Part shown: one piece after another, positions 1-11,311 of the stretch
Layout: every line of letters begins with the position of its first letter
Position numbering within the stretch: the first letter of the stretch is position 1
Origin: Selaginella moellendorffii
Taxonomy: Eukaryota; Plantae; Lycopodiophyta
Direction: 5' to 3'
Length of the DNA: 64,000 nt
Assembly (NCBI RefSeq): GCF_000143415.4
Contig: NW_003314369.1
Span: 248,001 to 312,000 of the forward strand
The notes under the pieces: model-generated
Told to the model about the DNA's origin: nothing
Databases searched by the model: none
What the model saw: the letters and a program-made list of their open reading frames with translations, nothing else
Position numbers and translations under genes: made by a program

Positions 1-1079
1 AGTAGAGAGCTTGTCCAAAGTGAGGCATCCGAACTTGGTGAGCCTCCTGGGCTACTGCCAGTCCTTTGAGGGTTATTACCTCGTGTATGAGTTTTGTGCC
101 AACGGGAACCTGTGGCAATGGCTATTTGGTAAGCTACCTTTTTTCATGGATCGTTTGCTGATTATTTTGCGCAGGAGACAGACCTCCTCTGACATGGGAA
201 GAACGTCTCAATATTGCTCTCGGAAGTGCTCGAGGACTGTTTTTTCTTCACACCAACGTGGGAGGAGCAATTATTCATCGGGATGTCAAGGTTTGGAACC
301 TTCTTCTTTGTAGCTTTTGCGAAAAGAGCTCATATTTGCTTCTTCTTTTTCTATGCAGCCAACCAACATACTTCTCAATGACAATATGGAAGCCAAACTC
401 TCTGATTTTGGTTTGTCAAAGTTCATAACGATGGAGGAATCGCACGTTTTCACAGAAGTCAAGGGAACATCTGGCTATCTGGATCCGGAGTACATGTCAA
501 GGGGGCAGCTCACGCTGGCGAGCGATATCTATAGCTTCGGAATCGTTCTCCTCCAGCTTGTTTCCGGAAGAAAGCCGATTGACTTTAATCTACAACACCG
601 TTACTCACTCGTCAGAGCTGTAAGTGGAAACCACTTCACGCAAAGTTCGTTACCTTTTCTTCTTTCTCAGGCCCAAAGAGTTGCCGAGAGAGGATCAGAC
701 ATCCACAAATTCGCTGACCCGCTGATGGATAGGAAATTCTCAGCCGCCGCAGCTCTAAAAATCGTGGAGATCGCCGTGTTTTGTACCGCCCAGAGCAGCA
801 ACGATCGTCCAACCATCAAGGAGATCAACGAAACGCTCGAGGCAGCCGTGGAAACATCGAAGGCCGGCTACGTGAGTAGAAGTTTTAGCTCTTTGCTTGA
901 TTTACATAAGCGGTTTTCTCTCTTCCAGGAGCCGCAAGATAGCAGCAGGACGCATTCATCACCGTCTAGGACAACTCTCCCTCTCCCTCCAAATCGAGTT
1001 CTTCCGAGGTAAGCGCCATAGATCTCCTTCGCATTCCCAGTATCTTTTGCTCCCATTTTTGTACAGGTTAACGATCTAA
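1..1079 (+). CDS. Receptor-like Ser/Thr kinase, 3' part (5' end outside the window), multi-exon
   Basis: Spliced motifs VRHPNLVSLLGYC, IIHRDVK|PTNILL, SDFGLSK, GTSGYLDPEY, SDIYSFG. The last intron (1009-1066) gives ...LPR-LTI-stop at 1079. Confidence 0.9.
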
Positions 1080-1370
1080 TAAGAGTTTCCTACGTAGCGC
1101 AAAGATACCGTACCATGTGGGGGAATAGTCTAAGAATCTATTGCAGAGGTCGTGGGTTCGAATCGCATCGTGGCGAGGATCTGGGCGATTGATTTGCTTG
1201 GGCCCAGGGGGGAAAGGCATAAGCTAGAGAGAAATCCCATCTCTAGGCCTTCGATCTTGGCACGATCGAGCCACAAAGAGGGTCCCAATTACAGCGTTTT
1301 CTCTCGCGACGTGGAGATTTCCTTTGAATCTTTCTATTGAGCGCAAAGTCAATATACGTGTTGTGAGGTC

Positions 1371-1371
1371 T

Positions 1372-1402
<31 letters not shown>
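1371..1402 (+). repeat. (CT)n microsatellite upstream of the DUF3511 gene
   Basis: ctctctctct run seen directly. Confidence 0.9.
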
Positions 1403-1453
1403 CCCTATATTTCTTCCATTCCTCTTCTAATCCTCGATCGTCCCACTCGATCG

Positions 1454-1786
1454 ATGGGGGCTATGGATGTCCAGCCTTACGCGCCAGAATCCAGCTACAA
1501 TTACCCGCGGCACTACTTGCCCAATTCGCATTCCTATTCCTATGGCTATGCCGGCGACGACGCGGACGATCACGGGCAATCCAAGAGGGCGGCCAAGACG
1601 AAGAGAGGCGGATCCCTGCGGCTTGCGAGCCTGGGGTGGAATTCCAGCGATCCGGAGGCAAAGAGGAAGCGGCGCGTCGCGGCGTACAAGCGATTCGATT
1701 CCAGGAGGCGAGTGGGCGATTCGGTGAAGAGGGGCGTGCGGTGGATCAAGATTAGATGTTTCCGCCTGTGCTACCGCTGGTGGTGA
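1454..1786 (+). CDS. DUF3511-domain protein, single exon
   Basis: C-terminus DPEAKRKRRVAAYK...SVKRGVRWIK matches the plant DUF3511 signature. Confidence 0.8.
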   Translation: MGAMDVQPYAPESSYNYPRHYLPNSHSYSYGYAGDDADDHGQSKRAAKTKRGGSLRLASLGWNSSDPEAKRKRRVAAYKRFDSRRRVGDSVKRGVRWIKIRCFRLCYRWW

Positions 1787-2278
1787 TCGAGCGAGCGAGC
1801 GGGCGAGCGGGCGAGCGAGAGCTAGAGAGAGAAGGAAGAACCCTAAAAACAGAGCATCCGCGAAAACGAAATGTAAAGACTCTAAAATAAAATGTGAAAA
1901 GCTTTTAGGGCTTCCTAATGTCCGAAAATTAGATAAACAAACGATCAGCATGTAAGCCTTGTTAAGAGATCCAATCGGATAGAGCTTTTTTCCTTTGGTT
2001 GTAGGCTGGTAATCGATCGATCCCATAATTCGCTATGGATTCGATCCCAGCAGTATAAACTTGCAAAACTTGTGTGTTCTAAGGGATATTTGCCGCGAGG
2101 CGAGATAGCAGTAGCTTATCATCGAGCTTGGAACTTCGAAGTCATTGATCACATTGATAAGTTCTTCTTTTTTCCCCTTTTGTGAAAACAAATGTTCTAT
2201 AAACATCTCTGTAGTTAGAAATATCTACATGAAAACTCATCGTTTTGCGATATTTATGATTGACCCTGCTGATCTTCT

Positions 2279-4068
2279 TCACCCGGTTCGATTTTGAAGC
2301 CTTTGTTTCACCAGTGGTGCCAGCGACTGCACCACATCGATCATGAGCGGCCGATAGTCCGCCTCCGGTTGTATGCACATCGCAGCAATTGCCGCCACCT
2401 TTACGTAGCCACACAACAAAATCAAAACCTTGTCAAGGTATTCTTTATCGACAAATCACCTGGATGAGTTCTTTCATGGAGTACTGCCCTGCCAGAGCCT
2501 GATCCACCATGCCCACCAGCTTATCCCTGTCCGTCAACCTGGGAAGCGCCTGCAAAGTTCCACATAAAATGTGATGCAAATTGCTCGAGTTTCATATCGA
2601 GAACCTACCCAAGAGACAAGCACGCCTTCCCCAGCAGGTCGTTTCATATCGACTGGCACACGGCCAGTAAGAATCTCGAGCAACACAACTCCAAAGCTAT
2701 AAACATCAGATTTCGTTGTCAAGTGTCCTGTCAACACATACCTGGACAAGACAAAATCACCCAAGTGAGAAAAACTAGTGAAAACACAATGGAAGAATGC
2801 TCCAGTTCATACTCTGGAGCAACGTAGCCATGGGTTCCGAGAACCCTGGTGGAGACATCGCCGTTCACTTTGTTGGATCCCACTTTGGCGAGCCCAAAGT
2901 CCGAGAGTTTCGCGTTGAGCTTGTCGTCGAGGAGGATGTTGCTACACTTGAAATCCCTGTGGATTATCGGTGGGGTGACGAACTCGTGCAAGAACTCGAG
3001 ACCCTTGGCGGCATCCAAGGCGATCTTGAGCCTCGTCGTCCAGTCGAGTGGAACAAAGCCATGGTCATCCTCTGATAGAAAGAGAGATCAAAGAATGAAA
3101 GCTAAGTTCACGCACTATGTACCGTCCGGATAGAGATGCTGCTGGAGATTCCCTTTGGCCATGTATTCGTACACGAGGAGCCTGTGCTCGTTCTCCGTGC
3201 AGTAGCCCAGCAGCTCCAGCAGCTTTGGAGCTTGGACTCGGCTCAGCATCTCGATCTGGCAAAACCCATCAGTTTCTTTGGCATGAATTCCATGATCGAT
3301 CGATGAGAAGATTGAGTACGTAATGGATGATTCAAGCACGAAGAATGTGGGAAGAATGTGATATACCTCGACACAGAATTCCTCCTCTCCCTGCTTGCCC
3401 TCGAGATCGAGCTTCTTGACCGCCGCCACCCTCCCATCCGCGAGGATTCCCCTGTAGACGCAGCCAAATCCACCGCGGCCGATGATGTTGCGCTCGCTAA
3501 AGCTGTTCGTGGCGATCTGGAGCTGGTGGAGGGAGAAAGGCTGTGGTCCAGGCCGCTTGATGGCGATGTGATCGCGCTCCTCTCCTCCGGCACCGGAGCA
3601 ATTGTTTGGAGGAGGGGAGATTTGGAGAGTTAGCAGCGATGGAGGCGGCAAAACGGGACGAGGAGTTGGGGATGGCGAGCTGTAGGAATTATTGGAGGAG
3701 TGATTCATGAGCATACACTCTGTGGTGCTCTTGTCCGACCCTGTGGCAAATGCGAACCGATCGATCGATCAAAATCTCTCACGAATTCCTGGAAAGAAAA
3801 ACTCTAAGTACTTACGCTGTGTCATGAAATCCTCTGCCGCAGTGAAATCCCCCCTGCTCGTCCTCCTCCTCTTTCTCCTGTGCGAGATCTTCTGGTAGAT
3901 GAGAAGGAGCAGCATTGCAATGGCGGCGAAGGACGAGATTCCCAGACCCACGGCCAGCATCGTCGTCGTCGTGAACTTCTTCCCTGCTTGGTCGTGAGGC
4001 TGATCATGATACTCCTGCGCTAGATCATGCGAGGATGGACTGATACTAGGACTAGAGCTTTGATCCAT
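2279..4068 (-). CDS. Single-TM receptor-like kinase (At3g58690/PBL7-like), multi-exon
   Basis: TM segment [21 protein letters not shown]. Motifs [56 protein letters not shown]. Last exon [17 protein letters not shown]...TG-stop. Confidence 0.92.
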
Positions 4069-5171
4069 AAATATCAATCCTCCTCCTTCCTCCTCTTCGC
4101 TCCGGAGCAAAGCAATTACGATCAATGCCGCATTCTTCCTCTTCCTCTTCCGTTCGTTCTCAACGTCCTTCCTGGTATGAAAGGGAGAGAGGGGCGAAAG
4201 TGGAAGATGGGCGAGTGCGCAGTGGAGGGAAGAAGGAAGCTCTCCGAAAATTAAATGCGCGAGGTACACAAGGACAGGGCGAGCGTCCAAGTCCACTGCG
4301 GGTTTAAGACTCCAGCCAATTACGCGAAGCAAGAAAAGAAAGAAAAGAAAGCGGCTAGAACGCTCGAGGCAAGGTGGATGGAAGGACCACACGGCGGATG
4401 AAATCCAAATGCTCCAGAGCTAGAGAAAAGAAAGGAAGAGGAGAAGAAAAGGCTGTGGCACTGGCGATCTCTGGCATCGCGAAAGCAACAAGAGCAAGGC
4501 AACAAACTTTTGAGATGGAAGTGACGCTTCTCTCTGTCCTGGTGGAATCGAATTCGAATGGGAAGAGATTTGGAAGCTCTTGGAATTGGATCAAACAGCG
4601 CGAAAATTCTCCTCCATTTTTTACTGCTTTTTTCTTTCTGGCGCTCTTCCCTCCCAGAAGAAAAACACGCCACCATGCACATGGAAGAAAGACGGAAGAA
4701 AGCATATTTAATTTTAAATTCGAATATCCCTGCATGACGTGGCGAGATCTCATTGGGCGAGCCCGATTCGCGGCATATGTCACCGCCGTAAGAACTGGAC
4801 TTCCCACATGCCTCTGGATTGACTCTTCGCATTTCTTCGCGTTTTTTACTCTGGTCTTCGCGGTTTTTTACTCTGGTCTTGCCTCCTCCCAGATATCATA
4901 TACTACTTACAACAAGATTTTTTTGGTTCCATTTTTTTTTCTCTCCTGGGATCTTAGCGCCATCACGTAGCAAAACTGTTACCTTTGACAAGGCAAGCTC
5001 TTGGATCTCACTTCCTCCATTGTTTTCTCGAAGAACTTCGCCATTGTTTTGTCGAAGAACTTCGCTCCTAACATGTGCCCGAGTTGCCTGGCGTCGAGAA
5101 AAGAAGAATGAAAAGAGCTCGCTGCCACTGCTACCACCGCCAGATTCTCCTCCGTGGATTTATACACATAT

Positions 5172-6799
5172 TCAAGTCTTTTGCAGCCTGGTAGAGAATA
5201 TTGTCAGGACGATAGCATAGCTTACAAGGCAAACAGCGCATACCTGAATGACAAGTTCGGTGTCAATGTCCTCTGGAGCTTGGAGCTATCGCCAGAGTTT
5301 CCAGAAAGCGCATCGGAGATGAACTGGAGTTCCTGACGATGGAAGGGCTAAGTAGCAAAGACGGAGGTTTGGATTTTTCTACTCTACCTTCAGTCCTGAA
5401 CCAGTAGCGGATGCCGATCGCTCTAGACGTGCTTTAGGCAGCGGAGGTAGCCCCTGCAACAACGAACGAAAAGAAAAAGTTAGATTCCAGTTACAAAGGT
5501 CCAAGAAAAACCGAATTTTCTTGCCTGTAGAATGCTATCGACACCGCTAGCGGGCTTGGCTTCACCGTTCTGCAAACTCAAGATGGGAGAAATCTAGATA
5601 GAGATGTCATGTCATCCTCGCGCGCAACAGTTTTAAAAAAGGCTACGTACCCCAGGCAGTTCTTGGCGCCTAGTCTCTTCCCATCTCCTTGCAAATTGAC
5701 AAAGCAAGATAATCCCTTGGTTTGTAAAGTCCTATAGATCATACTTTACTATCAAAGAAAACCACGAAGAAAGTGAAAGACAAACCTGCTTGGTTTGTAC
5801 ATCGTCGAGCTGATTGCCCAAGCCCTCGACAATTTGTTGTACAGCTCCAATATCCCCGCCAACACGAGCCACATCTCCACGAATTTCAAACACCTGGCCA
5901 GTAAACTCGTTAGCAAGCTGTGCAAGCTACAAAGGACGCGCTTTCCCAACCTCGTTCTTTATCAATCCCTGAACCGCAACACTGTCGTCCAGAGTTTTCG
6001 AGACCGAATCAATCCGTGAAGTTAGATGCCGTTTCGTTGCCTGTGAGAAAATTATAGAGGGTCACGGACGATCCAAACTTACCGTAACAGCGGCCGAGAC
6101 TTGATCTAGTTGCTTTGACACGCTCGCAACCACATTCGACATGTTTCGACGGGTGACATACATGACATCCGTCCATGACCAGCCCTGCAAGCAAGCAAAG
6201 CTCAATCAAAAGCTTCTTATGCTCGAGAAAGTACTTGCCTTCCACCAAAAGTATCCATATCCAGCAACACCAATGACGAGCGCAGGCATGGCGAGAGAGG
6301 AAAGATTACCTGCATAGAATTCCAAGTTAAAACGCGTGAAAGAAACTACCCTCGATCATACTTGACTGCCCAGAGGTGCCAGGAGCATTCACAACCGTGA
6401 TGTTCCTGGAGCCAGCTAACTGTCTTAGATCGCTGGTCAAGCGCTGGACCTACAGACAGTGGAAAGCATCAGCAAAGAAGATATTTTTCTTTGTCACATA
6501 CTTGCTGTGCCAGCGTTTCCGTCACTTCATCCTTGTCATCCTCTTTCAAGTGCTTCGAGAAAACCTGCGATTGCAAGGAAAAAAGGAAAACACGAATTTG
6601 CCACGCCAATCCACCAAGAACAGCACTAAAAACCTTGCTAAGATCCTTGAAGAAATCCGAGAGCTTCCCATTCTTTATAAGAATCGAGCCAGTCATCCCT
6701 GCCAAAGACGACGAATCAATCAATCGGCCGATCACAGCTCCAGCGCCGGGGCGATCGATTACCTGCTCCAAGGAGAATGATGAGCTTGGATGTCGCCAT
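5172..6799 (-). CDS. DUF1664 family coiled-coil protein, multi-exon
   Basis: Spliced translation: KLIILLGA|GMTGSILIKNGKLSD, GYGYFWWK, MYVTRRNMSNVVASVSKQLDQVS, ATKRHLTSRID. The 3' end was inferred from splice sites. Confidence 0.8.
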
Positions 6800-6838
6800 T
6801 CCGGCCTGCACTGCCATCCAGCAAGGCGCTCGATCGAT

Positions 6839-6847
6839 AAACCCTAA
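6839..6847 (+). promoter_or_regulatory. Telo-box (AAACCCTAA) in the bidirectional promoter
   Basis: aaaccctaa between the divergent ATGs at 6799 and 6927; typical of ribosomal-protein promoters. Confidence 0.6.
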
Positions 6848-6926
6848 ATTGCCATTCGCGATTAGGTCAAGCTAAGAATTTTCAATGCTATCCCCTTCAT
6901 CGTGAGCCGTTCATTGAGCTCTGGCT

Positions 6927-7636
6927 ATGGCGTCGTTAGCCTCCGCCTTCTCGGGCCTCTCTCTCGGATCTTCCCTCTTCTCCGGCAGCGATGGCGCGCT
7001 CCAGCGCAGGAATCGATTCCTCACGGCGCCGGCGAGGCTGCCGCTCTTCATCCACGCCGCGCACAAGAAGGGTACCGGCAGCACCAAGAATGGGCGCGAT
7101 TCGCAAGCGCAGCGGCTGGGCGTCAAGGTGTTTGGCAGCGAGACTGCCAAGCCGGGATCTATCATCATCCGCCAGAGAGGAACTAAGGTAAGAGCAATCT
7201 CTCCCTCGATTGGATTGATTGATGGATTGAGCTCTAGAGAGGAAGAAGAAGCGCTAATTCTGTGTAGGCTGCCAGTTCCATCCAGGCAACAATGTAGGAC
7301 TGGGAAGAGACTACACGATCTATTCCCTGATCGATGGAGTCGTCAAATTCGAGAGGCTCTGGCCTGACAAACAAAAGGTAAGTTCTTCTTCGTCGATTGC
7401 TCGCTCTCGAGGTTCCATAGCTTTTCTTCTTCCAGGTGAGTGTCTATCCCAAGATCGAAGTTCCCGAGAATCCCAACAGCAGGAGAGTGAAGAAGCGCGA
7501 CCACTTTCGAGCGCTTCGCGTGAAGAGGAAAGCGAAAGAGCAAGCCAGAGTTGCGCGGCTCGTCGAGATCTACAAGAGACCAGCTCGATTCGTGCAGCCT
7601 CCGGCGATCGCTGTAACTTCAAAGCAAGACGAGTAA
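6927..7636 (+). CDS. RPL27: Plastid 50S ribosomal protein L27, 3 exons
   Basis: Ser/Ala-rich transit peptide, then [23 protein letters not shown]...RQRGTK|[25 protein letters not shown]. Confidence 0.95.
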
Positions 7637-7803
7637 AGTTCTCACGTAGTTCTTATAAGAAGCTTACCACGGTCACAGTGCCGCGATGTGTACAACCAAC
7701 ATTCCTGGTGGAAAGAAAGGAAGAACAAAAGGAAAAAAATTTGCATCTAGAGATCCTTCTTACAAGTACATGGTTGCCGGATTGACAGTGGTGTTGTTAT
7801 TCT

Positions 7804-9306
7804 TCACGCAGCAGGCTGCCTCTTGGCATTCGTTAAGCGTCGCCGCCTCTCCTTTTTGCGAAGAAGGCATTCTCCACACCAAGCGGAGAAATCTCTCTGA
7901 TATTTTTTGAGCTCGCGGAACTCAGAGCTAGCAGAAAAAACGAACTTTTAGAACACTGCTCGCAGAAAAAACACGTTTTTTTCTTCACTCACCTCCTGCA
8001 CCAAAGGATCAAGTTTGTTCTCTGGCCGGAAGTGATGGCTTTCGCACCGTGTCGATGGCGTCCGGCATGTAGGATTGCTCGGCCGGGGACGTGAGAGTAT
8101 TCCAGCATTTCCTGCGGGTGATGCTCAATCAAAGATATCGAACTCGAGTGAACTCCTCGTACCTCCGAGCGAGCTTCTCCGTTGACGTGAGCATCGCATC
8201 GAACACCGCGGAAGAACAACTCGCCGCCATCGAATTCCTTGCCGAGGCAGACGTTTAGCGTAACTTCGGAGTCGTCCACGTGAAAACCTGAAGCAAGACT
8301 CATGTCACATGCTACAATTCATCACTTTCACTGCTCACCAAGATCGAGATCTCCCCCAATACTGTATTCCACCACAAAGCCATGGTGCGTGTCAAGTGTG
8401 GCACCTCCAACGTTAAAAAAGAGAACTGCGACAAAGACACGACTTAAGAAGACTGTAACCACAAATGTTCCTGACATACGTGCTGCAAACGGACGAATAA
8501 ACTTCATCATCAACTGGTCCAGCATCGTCTCCATGCCGATATCGTCCAGCACAGCTCCATAGTTGTTCATGGTGTTGGGCCGGAGCACACTAACTTTGAC
8601 CTCGTGTGCCCACTTTTCAAAGTGCGCAACCTGCGGAAGAACAAAATTAAGCCGCAACTAAAACGATATGAGGTAAAACACACCTCCTCTAAGACTTTCG
8701 AGCAGAAGCCGGGCTGGAGCATGGTAAACGTAAAAACTCCCGGAGAATGCTCGGTAAGGATCTCCCTCAAGGCCGCCTCGGAGCCATTCTCAACTGCCTT
8801 CCTAAAAGGCTCCACAAAGATTTGATCCGGGTCTAGAGTGTAAAGATCCTCGTGAAGACGCTGCCAGCACAAGCTCAACTTTAGATCTCGGAAAGGACAA
8901 ACAAAAAAGGAACAGTACCTTATACTTATCCTTCACTCTATCCCTGTACTCTCGATGCTTCTGGATAGAATGCTGCGTAAGAAACCACGGAGATGAAAGA
9001 AAAACAGTTTTTTACCCTGGCACGCTCTCCATTGGGACGATACTTGACGAGAACACGATCCATAAACGCGAGCTTCTTGTCCCTGGGAGCCGTGAGCATA
9101 TGCGAAGGGAGGTACTGCTCCATAGTGCTGTAAAGAGAGGGCGGGTACTCGATGTTGACGAGATCATCGTAGTTGTCCGGGGCGTGTGAGAGATTGGGCT
9201 CCTTGAGAAGGCGAGGAATCACTCGCTCCTTGCTCTCGTTGGCCAGGCCATTGGGATTGTGCTTCCTCTTGTTGTTGGGATGGGCATCGGCGGCAGCTTC
9301 GGCCAT
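7804..9306 (-). CDS. 2-oxoglutarate/Fe(II) dioxygenase, PKHD-type (At1g22950 ICU11/CP family), multi-exon
   Basis: RPNTMNNYG, HHGFVVEY, FHVDDSEVTLNVCLG (HxD), HAGRHRHGA, RTNLILWCR. Last exon YQRDFSAWCGEC...stop at 7804. Confidence 0.9.
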
Positions 9307-9643
9307 CTCCCATACAATGCCTCCAAAACCCCAAAACCCTAATGATCGCACAGCGGGAAGATCAAGCCCGACCTAAGGAAGAGGAGGAGGGAGCGCGAGA
9401 GATCTCACCTTCGCACGCTACGCGCGCACGGATTTGAGCTCCAGAAGAGGAGAATCGACCGGAATGCGCGCAATCTCACAGAGCACGCGCCATGTCTGTC
9501 ACCTCCCAAAAAATCCCAAATGCCCTAACCCTAGACACTTAAGAGCTCTGTTTTAAAAGCCACGTGGACAAGGGTCTCGTCTCAACGGTCGGATGGCTTT
9601 CCGTATATTTAGATTCCGACGGCCGTGATCCCCACCGTACACA

Positions 9644-10067
9644 CTAGTCGTCGTCTAGATCAATGTAGTTCGTGTTGGTCGCCACCAGGAACTCGCAGGG
9701 GTTGCCGTGATCGATGAAATTCGGCTCGAGGGCGTGGTGCTGATCGCTAGAATCGGTCTCCAGCAGCGATTCCCCCATGGGCGTGGAGATTTTCTCCAGC
9801 ATTGCCACTCGATCTCTCAAAAATCTGACCAAAACAAGGATGTATCGATCACTCAAATCAAACCAATCGATCTAGCGACAGCCACCTGACTTCCGCCAGG
9901 AGCAATCGCTTGTTCTGCTTGGCGCGGCGGAGGAGCGCAGTGATTTCCAAGCTCTCCTGGGCGATCCATCCAGAATTTCAATGGATTCCATCATCGATAG
10001 CGAAGAAGATCAATCAAACCTTTTGTAGCTCCGCGTACTCTTCCTCCAGCGTCGCGCATTTGTCCAT
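9644..10067 (-). CDS. Small 3-exon coiled-coil protein (LLAEVRFLR motif, At4g30630-like)
   Basis: In-frame joins MDKCATLEEEYAELQK|ESLEITALLRRAKQNKRLLLAEVR|FLRDRVAMLEK...DDD-stop with canonical GT-AG introns. Confidence 0.65.
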
Positions 10068-10143
10068 GGATGGATCTTTTTTTTCTCCCCTTCTCCTTTT
10101 AAAAGCCCTAAAGGTATATGCGCGGGGAATCTAGGGCGGTCCA

Positions 10144-11156
10144 ATGATCGTCTCTCGTCGCCTTGCTTCTTCGTCTTCGTCTCTCCTCCACCAGGTAGGC
10201 GAGAGAGAGGGTTTAGGGTTTATGCTCCATCGATCCATCCATCCATCCATCGCGCTAGCTGATCTACATTTCTCTGTGCCGCTGCTAGTCATGGCGGAGC
10301 GGCGGCGGAGCGAGCGCATTGCAAGCGCGGCATGTGAAGAAGCTCCTCCAGGTCATTCTCACGGAGGTCTGTGCTCGATTCATCGCTCTTCTCCTTCGGT
10401 TTTGAGAGATTTCTTCGATTTGGCAGCCCGTGGATCGGCTGGGAGAGGCTGGAGACATTGTCAAGGTTTCCGCTGGCTATGCGCGGAATTATCTTTGTCC
10501 ACAGCTCAAGGCCATGCCTGCGATCGAGAAATACGTTAACTTGGTCAAGCAAAATCTCAAGGTAGAAGAAGAAACACTGCTCATATGGATTGATCTCTCC
10601 TTTTCTTTTTTCCAGTTCTTTCCACCAACAGTCGCCAAAGAGGACGAAGAACAAGCGGAGAGACAAAAGCAAGACAAGATCCAAAGGAGGGACATCGAGA
10701 GAATGCTCCATCGATTCGATACCCGTGGCCTGGTACATCCACTCTCTCGTTTCCTCATTTCTTTTTGTCTAAATCTTTTCCCAGGTTCTCTACAAAATCA
10801 TCAAGGATCCCACCACACTGCGATTCCCCGTCACTGCTCGCGACTTGGTACCCGAGGTAATCCAAGCACCACTTCCAAAAAAACTCTCATCTAAACCATG
10901 GATGGATCGAAACCAGGTAGCGAGGCAACTCCAGATCGAAGTGGTGGAGCGGCACTTCGATCTCCCGGAGCCGCTCACGCAACTCGGCCACTTCCAAGTA
11001 CCAATCCGGCTACCACCCGACTTGCCACTCCCGGGAGGTAAGCGCACCATGTTCCTCAAAGTGAGAATTCGCAGGAAGAACTACCTCCACGACCGGGTCT
11101 ATCTCCCACCAAAGTATCCAAACGGTGCTCCTCCATCCAAGAAACCCAAAGACTAG
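10144..11156 (+). CDS. RPL9: Organellar (probably mitochondrial) ribosomal protein L9, multi-exon
   Basis: Presequence MIVSRRLASSSS; KLLQVILTE|PVDRLGEAGDIVKVSAGYARNYLCP (bL9 N-domain); C-domain VARQL...LGHFQVPIRLP. Confidence 0.88.
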
Positions 11157-11311
11157 AAATAAGCTCTCTCTCTCTCTTTTCTTCACATAAATCAAACCAT
11201 ATTATTTTGTGATCAAAGCCACAACGTTTACAATGTTTAACGTTTAAGCCTACTATATGTTGATATCATTCATTCTATGATACCAAGCTTTTAGAAACTC
11301 CGAGCCATCGT

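Noticed and set aside
1145-1177. tRNA-like T-arm gaggtcgtgggttcgaatc
   Set aside because: No D-arm, anticodon arm or acceptor stem could be folded
4320-4970. Overlapping 150-198-aa ORFs on both strands
   Set aside because: Low-complexity promoter/UTR sequence of the kinase gene with non-ATG or weak starts
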